Positions 37,305 to 43,492 of a stretch of DNA of 43,492 nucleotides are shown here, piece by piece (the stretch's first letter is position 1; each line of letters starts with the position of its first letter). The notes beneath the pieces were generated by a model. The model had not been told where the DNA came from. It saw nothing but the letters and a program-made list of their open reading frames with translations, and searched no databases. The DNA is from a bacterium. Its GTDB lineage: Bacteria > Eisenbacteria > RBG-16-71-46. The DNA is taken from NCBI GenBank assembly GCA_043779265.1, contig JAYWEM010000065.1, positions 1-43,492 on the forward strand. Direction: 5' to 3'. The translations under genes and the position numbers were made by a program.

Positions 37305-38062
37305 ACGGGGAGAGGATCTTCCGCGTGACCGTGGCCTACGATGGCACCGAGTTCCATGGCTGGCAGCGCCAGAGCGATCGACGCACGGCGCAAGGGGAGC
37401 TCGAACGTGCCCTCTCGGCCACGCTGGAGGACTCGGTGCTCGTCCACGGTGCCGGCCGCACCGATGCCGGCGTGCATGCGAGAGGGCAGGTGGCGAGCTT
37501 CACCGCCGTGACGCCGCTTCCGGCGCGCGCGATCGCGGCGATCGCATCGAAGGCCTGCCCGGCCGACCTTCGGATCGTCGAAGTCGCCGAGGCACCTCAG
37601 GGATTCCATGCACGCCACTCGGCCACGGCACGATGCTACCGCTACCACCTGCTCGCGCGCCCCGACCTGCTTTCCGAGCGATTCGCCTGGTGGCCCCGGC
37701 GGCCGTGGGGCATGGAGGCCCTGAACGAGGCTGCCGCGCCGCTGCTCGGCAGGCATGATTGTTCGGCGTTCGAGACTCAGGGGAGTTCCCCGGCGGATCC
37801 GATGTGCGAGATCAGCGTGGCATCGTGGGCGCCGAGCGAGCAGGGTGCCACGTTCGATGTCCGCGCCAACCACTTCCTCTACCGCATGGTGCGCAATCTG
37901 GTCGGGACGCAGCTCCAGGCGGCATCCGAACCCGATCCCGCCTCCTTCATGAGTGACGTGCTCGCGTCGCGAGACCGCAGCCGTGCCGGACAGTCCGCCG
38001 AGCCCCAGGGGCTCTCGCTCGAGCGAGTGGACTACGGCGACCCCGAGGAGCACGGCTCATGA
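37301..38062 (+). CDS. truA: tRNA pseudouridine(38-40) synthase
   Basis: TTG start overlapping the asd stop. YDGTEFHGWQRQ, AGRTDAGVHA.GQV, FHARHSA..R.Y.Y, FLYRMVR.LVG, GL.L..V.Y. Confidence 0.95.
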   Translation: MNGERIFRVTVAYDGTEFHGWQRQSDRRTAQGELERALSATLEDSVLVHGAGRTDAGVHARGQVASFTAVTPLPARAIAAIASKACPADLRIVEVAEAPQGFHARHSATARCYRYHLLARPDLLSERFAWWPRRPWGMEALNEAAAPLLGRHDCSAFETQGSSPADPMCEISVASWAPSEQGATFDVRANHFLYRMVRNLVGTQLQAASEPDPASFMSDVLASRDRSRAGQSAEPQGLSLERVDYGDPEEHGS

Positions 38063-39216
38063 CCCGTACGCCATCCCGTCTTCACTCGATCGGCATCGCC
38101 ACCTGGATGGCCGTGACTCTGCTGATGCCGACCGTTGGCACGGATGCCGAAGCGAACAGTGGCGCGCGGCGCAATCAGATGAGCGAGCGGCTGACCGAGG
38201 GGCGGCGGAACGCGATCGTGACCGCAGCCCAGAAGGTCAGTCCCGCCGTCGTGACGGTGAGTGTGACGACCACGCGCATCGTGCGGGCGGACCCGTTCGG
38301 CGGGCGCTTCCGCGATGAATTCTTCGATCGGTTCTTCCCGTCACCGACCTATCGCCAGAAGGTCCCGAGCATGGGAAGCGGTGTCGTCGTCGACTCCAAG
38401 GGCACGGTGCTCACCAACTCACACGTGATCCGGGACGCGGATGCGATCCAGGTGAATCTCTCGGATGGCCGTCGATTCCCAGCCCGCGTGTTGGCCGACT
38501 CGCCCGTCTATGACCTCGCGGTCCTGCGTATCGAGGGCGACCGGTTGCCGGTCGCACGGCTCGGCGACAGCGACTCACTCGTCGTCGGGGAATGGGCGAT
38601 CGCGATCGGGAACCCGTTCGGTTTCCTGCTCGATGATCCGCAGCCGACGGTCACCGCCGGCGTGGTGAGCGCGACGAGGCGCGACATCAAGAGCGAGGCG
38701 ACCGAGGGTGGGGTCTACAAGAACATGATCCAGACGGATGCCGCGATCAATCCCGGCAACTCGGGTGGCCCGTTGGTCAACGGCGACGGCGAGGTGATCG
38801 GTCTCAACACGTTCATCCTCACGCGCAGCGGCGGCTCGGTCGGCCTGGGTTTCGCGATCCCGATCAATCTGATCAAGCGGTTGCTCGGCGAGCTCGAGGA
38901 CCACGGCCGGATCCGCCAGGCGTGGCCCGGCATGCAGGTGCAGAACGTCGACGAGCGCCTGGCCAAACGCCTCGGATGGGCGGAGCAAGGTGGGCTGGTG
39001 GTGACGGGTGTGAATGTCGGCGGTCCCGCCGCACGCGCCGGTCTCCAGGTCACGGATCGCATCTGCAAGGTGAACGGGCGATTGATCCTGTCGCTCGATG
39101 ACGCGCAGACCAGCATCTACGGCGCACAGGTCGGCGATGTGCTCCGATTCGAGGTCGAGCGCGATGGCAAACGACGTGATGTGAGTGTGACGCTCGAGGA
39201 GGCGCCGAGACGCTGA
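38059..39216 (+). CDS. HtrA/DegP-family serine protease with a single PDZ domain
   Basis: Signal peptide, GSGV, TNSHV, DLAVL, AIGNPFG, IQTDAAINPGNSGGPL, GLGFAIP, PDZ (GGPAARAGL). Confidence 0.94.
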   Translation: MTRTPSRLHSIGIATWMAVTLLMPTVGTDAEANSGARRNQMSERLTEGRRNAIVTAAQKVSPAVVTVSVTTTRIVRADPFGGRFRDEFFDRFFPSPTYRQKVPSMGSGVVVDSKGTVLTNSHVIRDADAIQVNLSDGRRFPARVLADSPVYDLAVLRIEGDRLPVARLGDSDSLVVGEWAIAIGNPFGFLLDDPQPTVTAGVVSATRRDIKSEATEGGVYKNMIQTDAAINPGNSGGPLVNGDGEVIGLNTFILTRSGGSVGLGFAIPINLIKRLLGELEDHGRIRQAWPGMQVQNVDERLAKRLGWAEQGGLVVTGVNVGGPAARAGLQVTDRICKVNGRLILSLDDAQTSIYGAQVGDVLRFEVERDGKRRDVSVTLEEAPRR

Positions 39217-39217
39217 C

Positions 39218-40519
39218 ATGATCGATCGCTACTGTCGTCCCGAGATGGCCGCGGTGTGGGCGGATGCGAGGCGCCTCGCCTGGTGGCTCGATGTGGAACT
39301 GGCTGCAACTGCGGCCCGTCAGGCGCGCGGCGAAGTGCCCGCGGGCACCGTCGAGGGCATCCGGTCGCGGGCGCGGCTCGATCTCGCCCGCATGCTGGCG
39401 ATCGAGTCCGAAGTGCACCATGACGTGATCGCCTTCCTGTCCATGGTGAGTGAATCCGTGGGAGACGATGCACGCTACCTGCACGCGGGAATGACGTCCT
39501 CCGACCTCGTGGACACGGCGCTCGCCTGTCAGATCCAGGAGGCGGGCCGAGTTCTGGCGGAGGAGTTGCATCGCGTTCGCCGCGCCGCGTGGAAGCTCGC
39601 GCAGGCGCATCGCCGCACGCCGATGGTCGGCCGCACGCACGGGGTGCACGCCGAACCGATCACGTTCGGACTCAAGTGCCTGTTGTGGTCCGAGGAGCTT
39701 GGCCGCGGTCTCGACCGACTCCAAGCGGGTCTCGAGGGTTGCGCGGTCGGTAAGTATTCCGGCGCAGTTGGCACGTTGGCGCATCTGTCGGCGGAGGTCG
39801 AAGTCGCGGCCCTCGCCTCGCTCGATCTGTCGCCGGAGCCGGTCGCCAATCAGATCGTGCAGCGCGACCGTCACGCGGCGCTGTTGGCCTCGCTCGCGCT
39901 GATGGGCGGAACACTCGAGAAGATCGCACTCGAAGTGAGGCACTTGATGCGCACGGAGGTGCGTGAGGCCGAGGAACCGTTCACCGAGCGGCAGAAGGGC
40001 TCCTCGGCGATGCCGCACAAGCGCAATCCGATCCGCAGCGAGCGCGTGTGCGGCATGGCCCGGCTGCTCCGCGGCTACGCCATCGCCGGATTCGAGGACC
40101 AGGCGCTGTGGCATGAGCGCGATATCAGTCACTCGTCGGTCGAGCGCGTGGCGCTGCCCGATGCTTTCCTCGTGCTGCACCACATGGCGTACGACGTCGC
40201 CTATGTGCTCGAGGGGCTGCGCGTCAACGAGCCGCGCATGCGTGCGAATCTCGAGTCGGGGGGCGGCCTGGTGTTCTCGCAACGCGTGCTGCTGGCGCTC
40301 ACGGAGGCTGGACTGGCACGCGATGAGGCCTACCTCGTCGTTCAGGAACATGCGCTCACGGCCGTCGACGGAGGACGGTCGTTCCGTGACGGATTGGCCG
40401 CGGATCCGGTCGTCTCCGAGAAGCTTTCGCCGGAGGCGCTGTCGGCGTGCTTCGAACTCGAATCCTTCCTGTCCCGAGTGGATGCGATCTATGCTCGAGC
40501 CGAGGAGCCCTTGCGATGA
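39218..40519 (+). CDS. purB: Adenylosuccinate lyase
   Basis: MIDRY..PEM, HHDV.AF, HAGMTSSD, GRTHGVHAEP.TFG, SSAMPHKRNP, LWHERDISHSS.ER. Confidence 0.97.
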   Translation: MIDRYCRPEMAAVWADARRLAWWLDVELAATAARQARGEVPAGTVEGIRSRARLDLARMLAIESEVHHDVIAFLSMVSESVGDDARYLHAGMTSSDLVDTALACQIQEAGRVLAEELHRVRRAAWKLAQAHRRTPMVGRTHGVHAEPITFGLKCLLWSEELGRGLDRLQAGLEGCAVGKYSGAVGTLAHLSAEVEVAALASLDLSPEPVANQIVQRDRHAALLASLALMGGTLEKIALEVRHLMRTEVREAEEPFTERQKGSSAMPHKRNPIRSERVCGMARLLRGYAIAGFEDQALWHERDISHSSVERVALPDAFLVLHHMAYDVAYVLEGLRVNEPRMRANLESGGGLVFSQRVLLALTEAGLARDEAYLVVQEHALTAVDGGRSFRDGLAADPVVSEKLSPEALSACFELESFLSRVDAIYARAEEPLR

Positions 40520-42867
40520 GCGTCGCTTCCGCCACTGCGACCGCCTGGACGACCGAGGATCTGCGCGATCCCGCGGCCGTGGTTCGACACCTGCGTGGAC
40601 GAGGTGTCTCGCTCGATGCCGAGGAGGTCGTGTTGCTCACCGATCTGCTCGGTCGACCGCCGCGCTGGGCCGAGGCCGTGCTGTTCGGGATCCTGTGGAG
40701 CGAACACTGCTCCTACAAGTCGACCCGGCACTTGCTCAAGCGACTGCCGACGCGTGCACCCCAAGTCCTGATCGGCCCGGGTGAGGACGCCGGTGTGGTC
40801 TCGTTGCCCGCGCCCTGCGAGGATACGGTGCTCGTCCTGGGTCATGAGAGTCACAACCATCCGAGTCAGATCCTGCCGGTCGAAGGCGCTGCAACCGGCG
40901 TCGGCGGCATCGTCCGCGACATCGTCTGCATGGGTGCCGAGGTCGTGGGGGTGATGGACTCGCTCCGCTTCGGGGATCCGCGCAGCGGCGTGCATGCGCG
41001 TGACGTGATGCGCGGCGTCGTGCAGGGGATCGCCGACTATGGCAACGCGCTCGGTGTCCCCAATCTGGGCGGGGACACGGTGTTCGACTCGGGATTCGAC
41101 ACCAACTGCCTCGTCAATGCGATCGCGATGGGCTTTGCTCCCGCCGATGGCGTGCTGCGCAGTCGCGTGCCCACGGGCCCCGGGCCCTGGATGTTCGTGC
41201 TGGTGGGCAAGCCGACCGATGAGAGCGGGTTCGGAGGCGCCGCCTTCGCCTCAGGCGAGCTGGGCGCCGGGGATCAGCGTGGCGCCGTGCAGCTTCCGGA
41301 TCCATTCCTCAAGCGTGTCCTGAATGTGGCGACCTATGAGGCATTCCGGCGCATCCGGGAGCGCTCGATCCCCGCGGGATTCAAGGATCTGGGTGCTGGA
41401 GGCATCGCCTGCGCCACCAGCGAACTGGCCGCGGCTGGCGAGCGCGGTGCGCGCATCACGCTGGACGATGCCCACCGGGTCGATCGCCCGCTCGCGCCCG
41501 ACGTGCTGCTGTGCGCCGAGACCCAGGAGCGCTACTGCTGGGTCGTGCGGGAGGACTTCGCTGCGGAACTGCTCCGTCTGTACAACGAGGAGTTCGCCCT
41601 GGGTGATGTGCATCCGGGTGCCGGCGCACGAGTCATCGGCGTGGCGACGGATGACCGGCGCTATGTCGTCACCTGGCAGGAGGACGTGCTCGTCGACTGC
41701 GAGGTGGACGCCATCACCACGGGCCGGAGGATCGAGCGACCCGCCAAGGCGAGGAGCCGGCCGAAGCGCTCGCGCGCGAGGCGCCGCCGCATCGACCTGC
41801 GCAATGTGTTACTCGACCTGCTGAAGGGAGATCACTGTGGCTCGCGTGAGTATCTGTTCCGCCACTACGACAGCGAAGTCCAGGGACGCACGTGGATGCG
41901 GCCGGGCGAAGGCGACGCGAGCGTGCTGCGTGTGCATCCCGACCGCCCGACCGGGGTCGCGTTCGCGGTCGGCGGGAATCCGTTCTGGTGCTCGGCCGAT
42001 CCGCGTCTCGGCGCGATGCATGCGGTCGCCGAGGCCGCTCGCAACTGCGCCGTCGTCGGCGCGCGACCGTGGGCTCTGACCGACTGCCTCAACTTCGGGA
42101 ACCCGGGGGACCCGGAGGTGATGGGGGACCTCGAAGCGACGATCGACGGCCTGTCGCAAGCGGCCGAAGCGCTCGGCGCACTCGCCTCACCCGGCGCGGC
42201 CCTGCCGTTCGTGAGTGGGAACGTGAGCCTCTACAACCAGGTCGGGGACCGAGCCATCCCGCCCTCCCCGATCGTCATGTGCGCCGGCGTGGTGAAGGAC
42301 GTCGCGACGCTGTTGGGTCATGGCCTGCGCCGGTCGGGCGATGCCATCGTCCTCGTGGGCGGGGATCGCGACGGGCTGGAGGGTTCGGCCTATGAACGCG
42401 AGGTGCTGAGGGAGCGCTGTGGCGGGCCTCCGGTGCTCGATCTGGTGCAGGAGGCGAGGCTGCATCACTTTGCGGTCCAGGTCGCCGAGCATCGACTCGC
42501 CAGTGCGGCGCACGACATCTCGGATGGCGGATTGGCGGTGGCTCTGGCCGAGATGATGCGATCGGCGCCCCGTGGTCGTGGCCTCGGCATCGATGTGCAT
42601 CTGGAGCAGAGTGAGCTCGAACCGGCCATCATGCTGTTCGGCGAGCGTCCGGCCATCCTCTATGAGACGTCCTTCGAGCGTCTGCCGCGCTTCTCGCAGA
42701 CCGCGCGGGATCTGGGTCTCTTCGCGTGGCCGATCGGCACGGTGTCGGCGCAGTCCGCGCTGCGAGTGCGGCTCCCCTCGGGCGACTCGCTGCAGTGGTC
42801 CGCCGAGGAACTCGAGGCGGCTGCATCGTCTGGATTGCGCCGCCGCTGGAACGAGGAGGGACTGTGA
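40516..42867 (+). CDS. purL: Phosphoribosylformylglycinamidine synthase subunit PurL (small type)
   Basis: Start ATG 40516. WSEHCSYKS, ESHNHPS, GAATGVGGIVRD, DLGAGG, ETQER, TDCLNFGNP, SGNVSLYN, HDISDGGL. Confidence 0.97.
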   Translation: MSVASATATAWTTEDLRDPAAVVRHLRGRGVSLDAEEVVLLTDLLGRPPRWAEAVLFGILWSEHCSYKSTRHLLKRLPTRAPQVLIGPGEDAGVVSLPAPCEDTVLVLGHESHNHPSQILPVEGAATGVGGIVRDIVCMGAEVVGVMDSLRFGDPRSGVHARDVMRGVVQGIADYGNALGVPNLGGDTVFDSGFDTNCLVNAIAMGFAPADGVLRSRVPTGPGPWMFVLVGKPTDESGFGGAAFASGELGAGDQRGAVQLPDPFLKRVLNVATYEAFRRIRERSIPAGFKDLGAGGIACATSELAAAGERGARITLDDAHRVDRPLAPDVLLCAETQERYCWVVREDFAAELLRLYNEEFALGDVHPGAGARVIGVATDDRRYVVTWQEDVLVDCEVDAITTGRRIERPAKARSRPKRSRARRRRIDLRNVLLDLLKGDHCGSREYLFRHYDSEVQGRTWMRPGEGDASVLRVHPDRPTGVAFAVGGNPFWCSADPRLGAMHAVAEAARNCAVVGARPWALTDCLNFGNPGDPEVMGDLEATIDGLSQAAEALGALASPGAALPFVSGNVSLYNQVGDRAIPPSPIVMCAGVVKDVATLLGHGLRRSGDAIVLVGGDRDGLEGSAYEREVLRERCGGPPVLDLVQEARLHHFAVQVAEHRLASAAHDISDGGLAVALAEMMRSAPRGRGLGIDVHLEQSELEPAIMLFGERPAILYETSFERLPRFSQTARDLGLFAWPIGTVSAQSALRVRLPSGDSLQWSAEELEAAASSGLRRRWNEEGL

Positions 42868-43492
42868 GCCGCCCCAGGATCGCGATCATCCAATTCCCCG
42901 GCGTCAACTGCGAAGCCGAGTCGGCACGCGCCCTGGAGCGCGCCGGACTCTCGGCCGAGGTGGTTCGGTGGACGCAGTCACCGGACACGCTCTCTCGATT
43001 CGATGGATTCCTGCTGCCGGGCGGGTGGTCCTACCAGGATCGCGTCCGCGCCGGCGCACTGGCGGCCAAGCTGCCGCTCGTGGAGGCGCTGGCGCAGCAG
43101 GCCGCGCTGGGTCGTCCGGTGCTCGGGATCTGCAATGGGGCGCAAGTGCTGGTCGAGGCTGGACTCGTGCCGGGCGAGGGCTCGATCGACGTCGCCCTCG
43201 CGCGCAACCGCATGCCGAGCCGCACCGGCTACCTGTCGCGCTGGGTCATCTGCCGGATCGAGCCCTCGAACTGCGTGTTCACGCGCGCGATCCCAGCGGG
43301 CACTCGCATCCCGATGCCGATCGCGCACGGCGAGGGCCGCTTCATCTCGGGCAAGCGCGGCGCGATGGCCCGACTGGTCGAAGCCGGGCAGGTGCCGCTT
43401 CGCTACGTTGGCCCCGATGGGGAGCCGTCCGATGATTATCCGTACAACCCGAACGCGGCGGAGTCGGCCGCGGCCGCTCTGTGCAATGCGGC
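42864..43492 (+). CDS. purQ: Phosphoribosylformylglycinamidine synthase glutaminase subunit PurQ (runs off the window end, not in the ORF track)
   Basis: GTG 42864 after GAGGAGG reads MSRPRIAIIQFPGVNCE...PGGWSYQD..RAGA...LGICNGAQVL...PIAHGEGRF...YNPN. Confidence 0.93.
   Translation, partial: MSRPRIAIIQFPGVNCEAESARALERAGLSAEVVRWTQSPDTLSRFDGFLLPGGWSYQDRVRAGALAAKLPLVEALAQQAALGRPVLGICNGAQVLVEAGLVPGEGSIDVALARNRMPSRTGYLSRWVICRIEPSNCVFTRAIPAGTRIPMPIAHGEGRFISGKRGAMARLVEAGQVPLRYVGPDGEPSDDYPYNPNAAESAAAALCNA

Overview
A GC-rich (roughly 70% by eye) bacterial chromosomal segment, densely coding and almost entirely on the + strand, with about 43 genes that are mostly housekeeping. In order: pcrA/uvrD, gatCAB, a degenerate LarA-like ORF, purD, tsaC/Sua5, a YwlE-like LMW phosphatase, ilvE, rpiB, glyA, an orphan behind a sigma54-like promoter, a MoxR/DUF58/BatA-E-type operon, a PAP2 phosphatase, a PTS EIIA-like protein, a short C4 Zn-ribbon protein, a lipoprotein, a CCA-adding/HD nucleotidyltransferase, a polyprenyl synthase, rsfS, argS, a PfkB kinase, a hypothetical + micropeptide + membrane HD-GYP trio, purM, a sensor-less sigma54 activator, a Gfo/Idh/MocA oxidoreductase, lnt, a beta-carbonic anhydrase (- strand), asd, truA, an HtrA protease, purB, purL and a truncated purQ. 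I saw no rRNA, tRNA, CRISPR array or mobile element. The best candidate for an undescribed system is at 27990-30372. There a 16-codon ORF missed by the ORF track (MELLLDMIELFGKAGW, with an AAGGAGGT Shine-Dalgarno) lies between a hypothetical with a LeuA-regulatory-like C-terminus and a multi-TM HD-GYP phosphodiesterase, which suggests peptide-controlled cyclic-dinucleotide signalling. Secondary observations are several enzymes with altered catalytic motifs (EIIA His->Asn, CCA-adding enzyme DxD->AxD, ArgRS HIGH->NVVS, LarA-like pseudoenzyme) and recurrent sigma70-like promoters with 18-bp spacers that overlap upstream stop codons. All calls come from motif recognition by eye. No database searches were run.
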